Program-made: the position numbers and the translations under genes | Shown: in pieces, positions 31,679-42,102 of the stretch | Numbering within the stretch: position 1 is the stretch's first letter | How the letters are laid out: each line of letters opens with the position of its first letter | Origin: Bacteriovoracia bacterium | GTDB taxonomy: Bacteria > Bdellovibrionota > UBA1018 > CAIPTA01 | NCBI GenBank assembly: GCA_050246755.1 | Contig: JBFWVL010000007.1 | Location: 39,155-103,154, forward strand | Reading direction: 5' to 3' | Length of the DNA stretch: 64,000 bases | Notes under the pieces: model-generated | Databases searched by the model: none | Told to the model about the DNA's origin: nothing | Seen by the model: the letters and a program-made list of their open reading frames with translations, nothing else

Positions 31679-32012
31679 ATTTCTATGGCCACTGCTGCCT
31701 TTTCTGCTTTGTGCCTGCTCATATTCTACTTTTTATGTGCCGGTGGAGCGCCTAGTCTATACGCCCAGCAACCCGGCGAGTATCGCGGTTTCTTCCCAGA
31801 AAACGGTAAAAACCCCCCATAAAATCCTCGGCCGCGTGGCTGCCATCACTTGGGGCGGCGGCGACAGCGCACGGGCGCAAATCCAAGAAGAAGCCGCGCG
31901 TCTGGGCGCGAACCTGATCATCGACCTGCGCCTAGAAAAAGGATTTGCGCGCACCTCAGCCAGCGGCATCGCGGTGCTGGTTCTGCCGGAATCGGAACCA
32001 ACTTCCCTCTAG
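31668..32012 (+). CDS. Small lipoprotein, paralogous to the upstream gene
   Basis: LCAC lipobox; IQEEAARLGANLII...ASGIAV pattern. Confidence 0.7.
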   Translation: MWNKFLWPLLPFLLCACSYSTFYVPVERLVYTPSNPASIAVSSQKTVKTPHKILGRVAAITWGGGDSARAQIQEEAARLGANLIIDLRLEKGFARTSASGIAVLVLPESEPTSL

Positions 32013-32743
32013 AAATTAAGGTTCAGGGAAAAGGCGGCGTAGGGGGTTTCATGATGAAACTTTTTTACCAGCCCCGAGTCGGCCTTCACGACCGTTTCTC
32101 CCTGGCTGCGGGATTTTCCGGTGAGGTCGCCTTCGGTGCCGTAAGTAAATTTATCCACCGTATATTTGCGGTATCCAAGCTCGAACTGCATGCTATAGTT
32201 CTGCACGAAAAAAAACTCATACCCCGCGCCGGCGATATATTCCTGTCCGCTCCCCTTGGCTTTTTCGGTATAGGTAGTGGAGCCGGCCGTGTAGGTGCGG
32301 GAGTTTTTAAGGCTCGTAGACACATTACTTCCGCCGAGCACGATATAAGTGCGGTGGAGAAAATTTTCGGAATAGAAAGGCACGAGGAGCAGCTGAATTC
32401 CGTAGGCAAAGGAGCTCGCATCGCTGGTTTCGCTGAAGGCGCCGCTACCGTCGTTTCCGTCGGCACTGAACAGGGGATAGTTGTGAATGGCGCCGCTCAC
32501 GCGCAGGATGAAATTTCCGAAATCAAGGAAGGGTTCAAAAGCAAAAAATTTTCCGTAGGTACCGTCCACCTTCTGCGGATCCACGAGAAAATCAGTGCGG
32601 GGGCTTTTTTCTAAGCCCGCTTTGAAGCCGAGGCCCAGCGGAGTGCCCGTAAAAAAGTTTTGGGTGCGCGCAAAAGCCGAGGGGGCACAGCATAACGCCA
32701 GGGAAAAAAGGGCGGCTAATTTAGCGCTTCGCCCGGACATCAA
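32009..32743 (-). CDS. Outer-membrane beta-barrel protein
   Basis: Signal peptide, alternating aromatic strands, C-terminal FSLNLNF. Confidence 0.7.
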   Translation of the reverse strand: MMSGRSAKLAALFSLALCCAPSAFARTQNFFTGTPLGLGFKAGLEKSPRTDFLVDPQKVDGTYGKFFAFEPFLDFGNFILRVSGAIHNYPLFSADGNDGSGAFSETSDASSFAYGIQLLLVPFYSENFLHRTYIVLGGSNVSTSLKNSRTYTAGSTTYTEKAKGSGQEYIAGAGYEFFFVQNYSMQFELGYRKYTVDKFTYGTEGDLTGKSRSQGETVVKADSGLVKKFHHETPYAAFSLNLNF

Positions 32744-33230
32744 TCACGATTCTAGGAGGATTGACGAGGTAGAAAGACTCCACGTCCACCGCGGCGCGGG
32801 TACGAAACTCCATGGCGGCTAAATCGCCTTCAAGGCCAGGAGCCAAATAGGCCTGGGAAATAAGCGAGCTCTTTGCTACCGCGCGCTCCAGGGCCGAGCT
32901 GCTGAGGTCGCGGCGGGAGACGCCGCGGATGCTCAAGTTAATCGAGCCGGAACGGCTGTCTTGGCCAACTTGAAAGTAAGGAGGGGCTTTCGCTTGCCAG
33001 CCGGCACCTTCGCCCGCGAGATCCACCACGATCCTTTCATAGCCAGCCGGATTTTTTGCCCAGCGCACACCGGAGAGATTCATGGGATCGGCCAGCGCAT
33101 CACCTCCGCAGATCATGGAATCACTCACGTACACGTTCCGTTTCACTTGTTCAGCCGAAACGACCTCGTTGGGAGAAAAAGCGAAGGCGGAGGGCAGGAA
33201 AAATAGGGGTACTAAATAAATGAGTTTCAT
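32721..33230 (-). CDS. Secreted AMIN-like domain protein
   Basis: Signal peptide; YERIVVDL and FYLVNPPRIVIDV motifs. Confidence 0.65.
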   Translation of the reverse strand: MKLIYLVPLFFLPSAFAFSPNEVVSAEQVKRNVYVSDSMICGGDALADPMNLSGVRWAKNPAGYERIVVDLAGEGAGWQAKAPPYFQVGQDSRSGSINLSIRGVSRRDLSSSALERAVAKSSLISQAYLAPGLEGDLAAMEFRTRAAVDVESFYLVNPPRIVIDVRAKR

Positions 33231-33246
33231 CCCCTAAAGTGTAACT

Positions 33247-34911
33247 TTAGCGGCGGATTCTTACAAGTATGCTCGCGCGGCGGCGCAGCAATATGCAGGC
33301 CTGGATAAGGGCTGTGCCCACGAGGAGCTGCATTAGGCCGCCGGAAAATGGATTGTCATCAATGGGGCCGAGCGTACCGCAGCCGGAAGATTTTTTCTCG
33401 TCCTCTGTTTTGCTGGAGGCCGGTGCCCGCCAAGTGGCGGACTGAGCACGATTATTCAGCGTTACGCAAGCCGACATATCGCCGCTGGCAAGAGCCCCGT
33501 AGCTTCCGTTTACTCCCAGCGCGAGGAGATAGTGCCCGTCGCGATCCAGCAAGTCGTAGCCGGCCGAAAAACTAGAAGAGGGAACCCGGGTAGAGCTCGC
33601 GCTCACGGCGATCACGTAGTCTCCCTGAAGATTATTTCCCTGGGCCAGGGAATCATAGTTGGTATAGCCACCGGGCATCGGCGCCTCGATATTGTCGGTG
33701 GAAGAGGCGCCGGCCACGGAGTTTCCGCCGCTGGTGAGAATACGCACGCTCAGGTCCAGCGGAGAATAGATGGAGTAAGCAATGGCTCGGGCCACTAGGT
33801 CGCCATTTACGCCCGTCACGCGGTAGTAGTGTGTCTCTCCGGGACGGAGAGTGCCGAAAACAGAGGCCCCGTCGCCGCCGAGGTCGCGGGCCGAAGCGAG
33901 CGAGAGCGGTGAGCCCTGTGGATTTCCGATCTGGGCGCAGGACGGAGAAAGGGTGCCGATATTCGTTGTGGAACCGTTGGCGACTTCCACCACCCCCGCC
34001 TGGGCCGATCCGCAGGTGCCGAAGAAGCGGCGGCGGAAATTTGCGCCCGAGCAAAAATGATGGTCTACGTTCTGGAAATACGAAGAAATGGAAGAAGTGT
34101 CGGCGGCGTAGGGCTCGATCAGGACAGAGTATTTTCCGGGCGGAAGATCTCCAATGCGCACACTGCCGTCCGAATTGGAAAGTGCGCCGGCCTCTACCTT
34201 ACCGGTGGCTAGATTGATCGCCTCGATGTGGGCGCCGAAAATCCCGCCGTTCGTACCCTGCACGCTTGCTTCGATGGCGCCGCGCGCGCCACCGCCCGGA
34301 TACAGGCTGCTGATCGCGCTCTGGTCGTCGCCACCGAGAAAGAATTGCCCGCTGAAGGCCGTATAGATCATGCTGCTGAGGTTTACCGAGCTATGGTCGA
34401 TGCCGAACACGTGCCCTGCTTCGTGGGTGGCCACGTCGCGCAGGTAAATGGCGGTGCGGCCGCCGATCGTTTTGCCGGTGTCGCCGGCGTTAGCCGTAAA
34501 TAAAAATTGATTGTCGTTGAACGACATATCGGTTTCGGCGATCCGCCCGTCGCTTAGGTAGTAGAAAACTTCGGTGAGGGCGATCACGCCATAGTCCATG
34601 CGGCGGCCGGAGCGAGAGGCGAAATAAATCGTATTCAGGCCGTCGACGGCGGTATTGGCCGCAAAGTTGACGGAAACGGCCACGCTAGGATTTATCTGCG
34701 TGCCCGGTACGCTTTTCCAGGCGGTAAATGCCTGGTTCAGCATCGTGGTAACGGAGGCCTCACTGAGGCCGCTGGAATTGCTGGGGTTCACGCGCAGGCC
34801 GACGCTGGAATTCGCCCAGTAGAGCGGGCGTCCCGTTTCCGAGATGGTGCGTACGTAGGCCTGAGCGGCAAGCGGAAGAAAAAATAGAACGGCGGCCAGC
34901 TTTACGATCAT
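33247..34911 (-). CDS. Matrixin-like (metzincin) metalloprotease with a C-terminal Cys/TM/Arg sorting signal
   Basis: HEAGHVFGIDH with Met-turn (SSMIY), carboxypeptidase-regulatory-like domain, tail SSGCG...hydrophobic...LLRRR. Confidence 0.88.
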   Translation of the reverse strand: MIVKLAAVLFFLPLAAQAYVRTISETGRPLYWANSSVGLRVNPSNSSGLSEASVTTMLNQAFTAWKSVPGTQINPSVAVSVNFAANTAVDGLNTIYFASRSGRRMDYGVIALTEVFYYLSDGRIAETDMSFNDNQFLFTANAGDTGKTIGGRTAIYLRDVATHEAGHVFGIDHSSVNLSSMIYTAFSGQFFLGGDDQSAISSLYPGGGARGAIEASVQGTNGGIFGAHIEAINLATGKVEAGALSNSDGSVRIGDLPPGKYSVLIEPYAADTSSISSYFQNVDHHFCSGANFRRRFFGTCGSAQAGVVEVANGSTTNIGTLSPSCAQIGNPQGSPLSLASARDLGGDGASVFGTLRPGETHYYRVTGVNGDLVARAIAYSIYSPLDLSVRILTSGGNSVAGASSTDNIEAPMPGGYTNYDSLAQGNNLQGDYVIAVSASSTRVPSSSFSAGYDLLDRDGHYLLALGVNGSYGALASGDMSACVTLNNRAQSATWRAPASSKTEDEKKSSGCGTLGPIDDNPFSGGLMQLLVGTALIQACILLRRRASILVRIRR

Positions 34912-34958
34912 GAAGAGTGCCCCTCGCGTATCGGCGACGGGTCACTCGGGGGAGGCGG

Positions 34959-35804
34959 CTACCTTCGCAGCACCGCCGCGAGGGCCAACAAAATGGCCAA
35001 GGCGATGATCGCGAAAATCCAGAAACCCCGGGAATTTCCCGTTAATTTCTTTTCGGGCTCTTCGGAGGCTGCCTTGAATGGATTCGCGCCCGGATCGGAT
35101 TTACCGGGAAGAATACCTGCTTTGTTTTGGGTGTCGGCGCTTACCCTGGCCGCCCTCATTTGGGCTACTTCCTGCTCGGCACGCGCTAGGGCAGGGTTTT
35201 CGTGGTGATCGTGGTCAATGGCACTACCGGAAACGGGAGCGCGATTGACGAAAATAGTTTTATCGCTCTGGGTTTCGCGGCCGGAAGCGGCTCTTCTTAG
35301 TACTTGGCCGAATTGATCGGCGGTAATTGGATTTCCATCGGCCGCGGTCACCACCGGGCCTAGCCCACTTTTCACGGTTTTGCCGCCATCCTCCACCGTG
35401 TATTTCCCGCTGGAAAGGCCTACTACCTCCTTTACGGCGCGCTCGTTGGTATCCCGCAGAGCCACGAATACTTCCTCATCATCACGAAAGCTGGCGGAGC
35501 TCGCCACGTGGTAGCCCACGGGACCGATCTCTCCACCCGGTGAGCGAATCTCGATTTGCGCGCCGAGGGGGGCACCCAGGGGCTGATCGATCACGGAAAG
35601 TTTCCAGTAAGTATAGGGTTGCTTCACGTTCGGCTCCATGGCGATGGAGGCATTGCCCACGATTTTCCCGTGCACGAAGTACTGCGCGTTGCGGACTTGT
35701 TCGGTGAGGGGAATGGGGCCAAAAGAAGTGGCGGACGCCGAGGGAGAAACTAAACTAGAGAAGAATAAGAGCGAGGAAAAAAAAAGGGAGGCGATCGATT
35801 CCAT
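34959..35804 (-). CDS. Hypothetical exported protein with a C-terminal membrane anchor
   Basis: Signal peptide after RBS GGAGG, LTEQVRNAQYFVHGKIV N-domain, C-terminal TM followed by RR. Confidence 0.7.
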   Translation of the reverse strand: MESIASLFFSSLLFFSSLVSPSASATSFGPIPLTEQVRNAQYFVHGKIVGNASIAMEPNVKQPYTYWKLSVIDQPLGAPLGAQIEIRSPGGEIGPVGYHVASSASFRDDEEVFVALRDTNERAVKEVVGLSSGKYTVEDGGKTVKSGLGPVVTAADGNPITADQFGQVLRRAASGRETQSDKTIFVNRAPVSGSAIDHDHHENPALARAEQEVAQMRAARVSADTQNKAGILPGKSDPGANPFKAASEEPEKKLTGNSRGFWIFAIIALAILLALAAVLRR

Positions 35805-35999
35805 GATCAAAAGACGCTTCCTCCATGAAAGCCCCCTCCACATAAAAATCGTAACGACTGAATCCAAGTAGGTCAATAACCTTCGCAAATATCTTTTCAT
35901 AATTCGCACTTTTTTTTCGTACGGAGAAAAAGCGGGGGAGGGGGCACGAAATTTTCGAGTTGGCGGTTTGCGTACGCGTTAATGAGCCGGGAAAAGAGA

Positions 36000-37223
36000 C
36001 TAATGGAGCATCCGTTGCAGAATAGGGGCGAGATTTTCGGCGATTTTTCGGTACCCCAGGCTATTCAGCTGCAAAATATCGCCCCGATACCACGACGAGC
36101 GGTCGAACTTGAGGATAAAAGCACGGGTACGCGGAGAGAACTCTTCCAGCCAGTGAACTTGGCGCGAAAAAAAATCACGCTCGGCCTGGTTCGGAGAAGT
36201 CGAAAGCAGGGCCCGCACGGAGAGGTATTCGGTGCCGGGGTAGGCCTGCTTTAGCCGCAGGTATTCCTCCTCGGGCATGAGGTTACTGGCCTGGTCGAGC
36301 AGGAGCACGGGAATACCGTGCGCGCGCAGAGAGTTCATTAGCTCGCGGGTCACTTGCTGCCAGGCCACGATATTTTCTCGTAAATTGCGGGCGGTTAAAT
36401 AGTTGGTAAATAGAGAAAAAAGATAAGAACGATTCAATCGGCTGGCGAGCAGTCTTACGTTCCACTTCGCCACCGTACGCTCCACTTTGCCGCCGGGGGA
36501 AAAGAAAATTTCCGGCCAGCTGAGCAGAGGATTCTTGGTGGTTAAAACTGCATCCATCAGCCCGTAGTCGAGCACCACGAGGTCCGGCGCGATGGTCTCC
36601 AGATCTCGGTGTAGTAATGCTAGGCCCTTGATCGCCGTGCTGGTCAATAGTCCCGCGTTCCACACTTCGTAGCGGTATTTTCCTTTGGGGCCGTTCAGTA
36701 TTTTTTCGGTCACGCGGGGGAAAGCGTCGTCGTCATTTACGCCGAACCCAAAGGTTTGGTAAGCCCCGAGCACCAGAATGCGCCGGGTATTTTTATTGCG
36801 CGCGGGCCGTTCGGGGTCGCGGAAGCCGAGGGAATTTGTGGAGACGGAGAAAGCCCTTAGGCGCCCCAATTCGGGGGAGAGGAGAAAGTTCTCCGTTTGT
36901 ATCCGGATCGAGGGAGGAAGCTTCGCGTACGGATAAATTTCCGTCAGGATATTTGGCTCTTGCCAGCGGTTATTCACGTAGTTTCGCTGGCCATTGAGCA
37001 AAAGGTAATCCGCGGGCGGATTTCCCGGAAAAACCGACAGCAGGCGGTGATTCATCCCCGCCGATAGTTCCAGCATGCCCGGCCGAGCCTGCTCTGGGCC
37101 GATCCAATCCCGCAGGAATAACTCCTGCCTGGCCCAAGAGTTCAGGCGTAGAAGTCCTTCGGCGGCCACCAAGAAAAGCGGGATCGCGGCAAAGGCGATG
37201 AGGAAAATCCGCGCACGGCTCAT
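36000..37223 (-). CDS. SGNH/GDSL hydrolase-fold membrane protein with degenerate catalytic residues
   Basis: TNSLGFRD, RILVLGAYQTFG.GV (block I), EVWNAG, GDILQLNSLGY (block V). Confidence 0.75.
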   Translation of the reverse strand: MSRARIFLIAFAAIPLFLVAAEGLLRLNSWARQELFLRDWIGPEQARPGMLELSAGMNHRLLSVFPGNPPADYLLLNGQRNYVNNRWQEPNILTEIYPYAKLPPSIRIQTENFLLSPELGRLRAFSVSTNSLGFRDPERPARNKNTRRILVLGAYQTFGFGVNDDDAFPRVTEKILNGPKGKYRYEVWNAGLLTSTAIKGLALLHRDLETIAPDLVVLDYGLMDAVLTTKNPLLSWPEIFFSPGGKVERTVAKWNVRLLASRLNRSYLFSLFTNYLTARNLRENIVAWQQVTRELMNSLRAHGIPVLLLDQASNLMPEEEYLRLKQAYPGTEYLSVRALLSTSPNQAERDFFSRQVHWLEEFSPRTRAFILKFDRSSWYRGDILQLNSLGYRKIAENLAPILQRMLH

Positions 37224-40093
37224 TTTTTATGAGCCGCCAGAACTTCGGCCAAATAGGGCGCCGTTACCGATTTTTTCGCCTTGGCCACCGTCTCCGGAGT
37301 TCCTTCGGCCACGATGAATCCGCCATTAGCGCCGCCGCCGGGACCGAGATCGATCAGCCAATCCGCCTGGGCGGCGAGGTCCATATTGTGCTCAATGAAT
37401 AGTACGGTATGGCCTTTTCCCACGAGCTTCTGGAAAACGTCCATCAAGCGCTTTACGTCATGGATGTGCAGGCCGGTGGTAGGCTCGTCGAAAATATAAA
37501 GGCTATGGCTGGCCTTGCCGCTCTGCTCGTCGAGCGTAGACGCGATCTTTAGACGCTGGCACTCGCCGCCGGAAAGGGACGATACCGACTGCCCGAGCTG
37601 CAGGTAACCGAGGCCTACGTCTTCTAGGAGCGTGCACTTGTCCACGATGATCCGTGATTCGGCGAAGAGCGATTTGGCCTCCTTCACCGTAGTGTGGAGG
37701 ATATCGTCGATGTTCTTGTCTTTGAAGCGCACTTCGAGAATATGCTTCTTGAAGCGCTTGCCTTCACACTCGTCGCAGACGAGGCGCATGTCGGCCATGA
37801 AGTGCATGTCCACTTCCACGTACCCATCCCCTTTGCAAACGGGGCAGCGGCCCCCGTCTACGTTGAAAGAAAAGTCCGTGGGGGTGAGGTGACGGCGCGC
37901 GGAAGCCGCCTGGCTGGCCATGATCCGGCGAATCTCGTCGTACATCTTGAGGTAAGTGGCGGTATTCGAGCGGGAGCTGCGGCCGATCGGGGTTTGGTCG
38001 AGCAGGAGCAGCTGCCCGATATTTTCCCAACCTTTGATCGAATCGCATTTTCCTATCTCGTGGGAAGGAATCGCTTCGTGGAGAACCAGGCGGGCCAATT
38101 GTTTGTAGAGCGTATCGCAGATGAGCGTGCTTTTCCCCGAACCGGACACGCCGGTAACACCGATGAGCGAACCAAGGGGAATAGTAAGGTCCACGTTCTG
38201 CAGGTTATTTTCCCGGCAGCCCAGCAGCTGCAGGGTCTTGCCATTACCCTTGCGGCGCGCGCCGGGAGGCTGGATATAGAGCTCGCCGCTGAGGTAGCGC
38301 GCGGTAAGCGAAACGCGGTTGCGCAGGAATTCCGCTTTGGTGCCGAAAGCCACGATCGTGCCCCCGTCGGTACCGGCGAGAGGGCCCACTTCCACGAGGT
38401 AGTCCGCCGAGCGCATCATGCTCGCATCGTGCTCTACCACCACGAGGGTGTTTCCGTGATCGCGGAGAGCGTGCACTACCTGAATGAGCTTATCGGTATC
38501 CAGGGGGTGCAGGCCGATCGACGGCTCGTCGAGTACGTAGAGCGTATTGGAAAGTTTGGAACCAAGCTGCGAAGCGAGGGAAATCCGCTGGTATTCGCCG
38601 CCGGAGAGGGTATTGCCCTTGCGGTTCAGCTTCAAGTAGCCCACGCCCACGAGGCTCAAAAACTCGAGCCGCTCTTTTACCTGGCGAAGCACTTCCTTGA
38701 TCTGCTTCTTCACGCCTTCCGGGATCTCGATCTGCTTGATCCAGGCGAGCGAATCGTCCACCGTGAGCTCTAAAAATTCCGCCACGTTTTTCCCGCTCAC
38801 GCGGAAGCGCAACGGGGCCTCGGCGAGGCGGGAGCCTCGGCAATCAGGGCAAGTGCGCAGCGATTGAAAGCGGCGGATGAAAACCCGAACGTGCAGCTTG
38901 TATTTCCAGGGCTTGAGCTGCTCGAAGTAACCGTTGATGCCAGGAAAGGTATCGTCACCTTCCCACAAGTATTTTTTCTGGTCGGCCTTGAGCTCCTTAT
39001 AGCGCGTGTAGCCGGGAACGCCCTTCTTCTCCATCGCCCGGAGCATTTCCTTTTCCCAGTCTTTATAGGAGGGTTTGGAGAGCGGATCCACGGCGCCGTC
39101 GCGCAGGCTTTTCTCGCGGTCGGGCACGATCAGTTCTTCGTCGAGCTCGAGGATCTCACCGAATCCGCTGCAAGTTTGGCAGGCGCCGAGAGGAGAGTTG
39201 CTGGAAAAAAGTGCCGCGTTGGGCGGCATATGCAGCTCACCGCAATTGGAGCAGGCGTATCCCTGCGAAGCCTTGATGCGAATGGTTCCGTCGGGAGAGC
39301 GAAACTCCACTTTTCCTTCGCCGATCAGCAGGCCTTGTTCCACTGAGTCCACGAGCCGCGTGCTGTCTTCCCGACTGGAGGCCGTGATCGCCAGGCGATC
39401 CACGAGCACGAAGGCTTCTTCCTGGTCAGGAATATAGATTTGTCCTTCGGCGGTGGAAAGGTCCACCACTTCGCCGTTCACGAGCAATCGCTGGTAGCCG
39501 CGCTTGAAGAGCTCTTGGCCGGCGAACGAAGAAATGCCTTCCTTCTTTTTCGCTTTCCCTTTTTTCTTCTTCGCGCCGCTTTCTTCCTCCTCGGGCGGAA
39601 CGAGCGAAGGAAGCTTGGCGAGCAGGTAGAGGCGGGTGCCGTCGGGAAGCGCCAGGATACGTGCCGCGATCGAATCGGCGTCGTGCATTTTGACTTCGGG
39701 AAATCCACAGGCCTTGCAGCTCGTGCGCCCGGCCGCCGCGAAGAGCAGGCGGAGGTAATCGTAAATTTCGGTCATGGTGGCCATCGTGGTGCGATTGTTC
39801 ACGATGGAGTTGCGCTGCTCGAGCGCGATGGCCGGAGGCACGTTGTAGATGGCTTCCACCTCGGGGCGCGGGAGCTTTTCCAGGAATTGGCGCGCGTACG
39901 TGGAAAGGCTCTCCATGTAGCGTCGGGATCCTTCCGCATAGAGAGTATCGAAGGCGAGCGAGCTTTTTCCCGAACCGGACACGCCGGTGACCACGGTGAG
40001 TTTTCCGAGCGGAATATCGATAGTAATATTTTTGAGGTTATTCTGCCGTACGCCCAGAAGGCGAATCGGAGGACGCTCTTTGTTCACTTCCAT
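37220..40093 (-). CDS. uvrA: Excinuclease ABC subunit A
   Basis: Two GVSGSGKS Walker A motifs, [10 protein letters not shown], zinc fingers, [23 protein letters not shown]. Confidence 0.97.
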   Translation of the reverse strand: MEVNKERPPIRLLGVRQNNLKNITIDIPLGKLTVVTGVSGSGKSSLAFDTLYAEGSRRYMESLSTYARQFLEKLPRPEVEAIYNVPPAIALEQRNSIVNNRTTMATMTEIYDYLRLLFAAAGRTSCKACGFPEVKMHDADSIAARILALPDGTRLYLLAKLPSLVPPEEEESGAKKKKGKAKKKEGISSFAGQELFKRGYQRLLVNGEVVDLSTAEGQIYIPDQEEAFVLVDRLAITASSREDSTRLVDSVEQGLLIGEGKVEFRSPDGTIRIKASQGYACSNCGELHMPPNAALFSSNSPLGACQTCSGFGEILELDEELIVPDREKSLRDGAVDPLSKPSYKDWEKEMLRAMEKKGVPGYTRYKELKADQKKYLWEGDDTFPGINGYFEQLKPWKYKLHVRVFIRRFQSLRTCPDCRGSRLAEAPLRFRVSGKNVAEFLELTVDDSLAWIKQIEIPEGVKKQIKEVLRQVKERLEFLSLVGVGYLKLNRKGNTLSGGEYQRISLASQLGSKLSNTLYVLDEPSIGLHPLDTDKLIQVVHALRDHGNTLVVVEHDASMMRSADYLVEVGPLAGTDGGTIVAFGTKAEFLRNRVSLTARYLSGELYIQPPGARRKGNGKTLQLLGCRENNLQNVDLTIPLGSLIGVTGVSGSGKSTLICDTLYKQLARLVLHEAIPSHEIGKCDSIKGWENIGQLLLLDQTPIGRSSRSNTATYLKMYDEIRRIMASQAASARRHLTPTDFSFNVDGGRCPVCKGDGYVEVDMHFMADMRLVCDECEGKRFKKHILEVRFKDKNIDDILHTTVKEAKSLFAESRIIVDKCTLLEDVGLGYLQLGQSVSSLSGGECQRLKIASTLDEQSGKASHSLYIFDEPTTGLHIHDVKRLMDVFQKLVGKGHTVLFIEHNMDLAAQADWLIDLGPGGGANGGFIVAEGTPETVAKAKKSVTAPYLAEVLAAHKK

Positions 40094-41445
40094 CAGTCAG
40101 TCAGTGTACTTGGAGATACCGCTTTAGGGGAAGTTTGATCGGTTATAATGAGGCGGAAATGCAGCATGTCTTGCTTCGATTTCGGTTCGCAGCCTACCGC
40201 GTAGACGGCGATGCGTTTTTTCCCCACCGGCTTCCATAAGGCCGAAGCGGTGCGGGCGCAGCTGGTTGCGGCAATCTCCGGCTGGCCGGGACCGGGGCGG
40301 ATCACATCGACGGTTACTTTGGCAGAATCCGGCAGCTCGGACGGTAGGTCTACCGTCACGAACGCGTAGGGAAATACCCAGCCATCGATATTGGCTGGGA
40401 AGGCGGAAATGGTTTTGTAGCTGGCGATGGGCGGTACGGAAATGCCGATCTTAGACGGGCGATCCCAGGAAAGGGGCAACGACCAGCCGTAGTTGGCGGA
40501 ATTGAACAGATAGGAGACGAAGCTACTATAAATAGCGTCGAAGCTATGGGGATTGCCGGTTCGCTGCGAAAAGAGGGATTCCACTGCGTCGCGTCCTTTG
40601 AGGGGCATCCGGGAAAGCTCCGAGAGGTTCCATATTCCCCCTGGATTGGAATCCAGAAGGAAGGAAGCGAACAGGAGCTGGATGCCGTAGGTAACGTAAG
40701 TGGTAGAAACCAAGGGCGCGGTACCACTGCTTTTGGCCATTTGGTTCACGTGTAACTGATCGGAGAAATGCCCGGTGGCCAGCATTGCGCCTTCGGCGAG
40801 GGTCTCGGAAAGCCAGGTGTCTTTCGTGGTATCGCCGGACGGATCGTAGGTGAGGAGGTGCTGGAGCTCGTGGGCAATCACACCATTGGTATAGGCCTCA
40901 TCGCGCCGGAAGCCGTTGATATAAATTATGTTGGCTTCATTCGAATGCTGTTCTTCTTTTTGCGCTTCTGCTTCGCTGAGCTGGTCGTAGGCATTGAAAA
41001 AGCCGTCGAACTCGTGGTCCTTATATTTGCCTAAATTGGCAAAAAGTACGATCAGGCGCTCTTCGCCGGCTTTTTTTGGCAAAGCCCCAAAATACGTTTC
41101 TTCAAACGGAACCACGCCAGTGCCCGAAATTAATGCGCCGGCAGGGCTGGAGGTTTCCAACATATTATTGAGGCCGCGGAGGTAATCGGAATTCAGTTCC
41201 TTGGAGGCAAAATTCTTCTCTACGTAAATCAGACTACGGCTGCCGCTGAGCTGAAGAACAGCGGTGGCGCGCCGAAAGCCAGGGGGCATCACGTTTAAGT
41301 CCCAAACCCAGAATTCTCTTTCGCTTCCAATTTCTGGAACCGAGGAGGCCGCGAACACCGTGAGGCAGGCGCTCAGCAGCAATAGCCAGCAGAAGGCGAG
41401 AACACGCCAGTACCGAGTGATGGGTCGTAAAGAAATAACGCGCAT
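40093..41445 (-). CDS. Secreted zinc metallopeptidase (M30-like)
   Basis: Signal peptide, [15 protein letters not shown] followed by WLSE. Confidence 0.75.
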   Translation of the reverse strand: MRVISLRPITRYWRVLAFCWLLLLSACLTVFAASSVPEIGSEREFWVWDLNVMPPGFRRATAVLQLSGSRSLIYVEKNFASKELNSDYLRGLNNMLETSSPAGALISGTGVVPFEETYFGALPKKAGEERLIVLFANLGKYKDHEFDGFFNAYDQLSEAEAQKEEQHSNEANIIYINGFRRDEAYTNGVIAHELQHLLTYDPSGDTTKDTWLSETLAEGAMLATGHFSDQLHVNQMAKSSGTAPLVSTTYVTYGIQLLFASFLLDSNPGGIWNLSELSRMPLKGRDAVESLFSQRTGNPHSFDAIYSSFVSYLFNSANYGWSLPLSWDRPSKIGISVPPIASYKTISAFPANIDGWVFPYAFVTVDLPSELPDSAKVTVDVIRPGPGQPEIAATSCARTASALWKPVGKKRIAVYAVGCEPKSKQDMLHFRLIITDQTSPKAVSPSTLTD

Positions 41446-41583
41446 AGTATTTTGGTAGATTTTTGTACCCGCTCAGGCACCCTTTGTCGAGAATAAGGCG
41501 GGCTAGAAATCACTATAAATGCATTGCGTCATTGGCATTAAAGAAAAACCACTTATATTTCAATGGTCGAAAAAAGAAATTCC

Positions 41584-42102
41584 TTAGGGGGCTTTTACGA
41601 AGCTCAAATAGTGATTCAATTCGGCGATGGACTCGTGAATATCGTCGAGAGCGCGGTGCGAGCCCTTTTTGTCGTAGTGGACCTTATATTTTTCCTGGAA
41701 CACTACTTTATAGCTCGTAACGTCGAGCATGCGGTAGTGGAGGCGCTTGGCGAGCGTGGGCATATAGGCATCAATAAATTTTCTATCTTGGCCGATGGAA
41801 TTTCCGCAAAGAAGGGGGCGCTCGCTCGAGCCAAAGTGGCGATCAATGAGCGCCACTAGCTCTTTTTCCACCTGGGCTTCCGGTTTACCGGTGGCAACGG
41901 CGGCGGTGAGCCCGCTCTTGCCATGATTTTCCGTGCACCATGCGTCCATCGCCGCCAGCACCGAAGGTGGTTGAAAAACGGCCGTATGATATTGCTCCAG
42001 GGGCTTGAAGTTTTCGTCGGTAACTACGGCGGCCACTTCGAGAATCCGGCAGGATTCCACGCTGAGGCCGCTCATTTCCATGTCTACCCAGAGGTAATTC
42101 AC
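41584..42102 (-). CDS. orn: Oligoribonuclease
   Basis: WVDMEMSGL, HGKSGL, CGNSIGQDRKF, LHYRMLDV, HRALDDI.ESI.EL. Confidence 0.96.
   Translation of the reverse strand: MNYLWVDMEMSGLSVESCRILEVAAVVTDENFKPLEQYHTAVFQPPSVLAAMDAWCTENHGKSGLTAAVATGKPEAQVEKELVALIDRHFGSSERPLLCGNSIGQDRKFIDAYMPTLAKRLHYRMLDVTSYKVVFQEKYKVHYDKKGSHRALDDIHESIAELNHYLSFVKAP

Noticed and set aside
37694-40138. Long antisense ORFs opposite uvrA (and similarly opposite lon, tadA, mcp, tig)
   Set aside because: Shadow ORFs expected from GC-rich codon usage; no motifs
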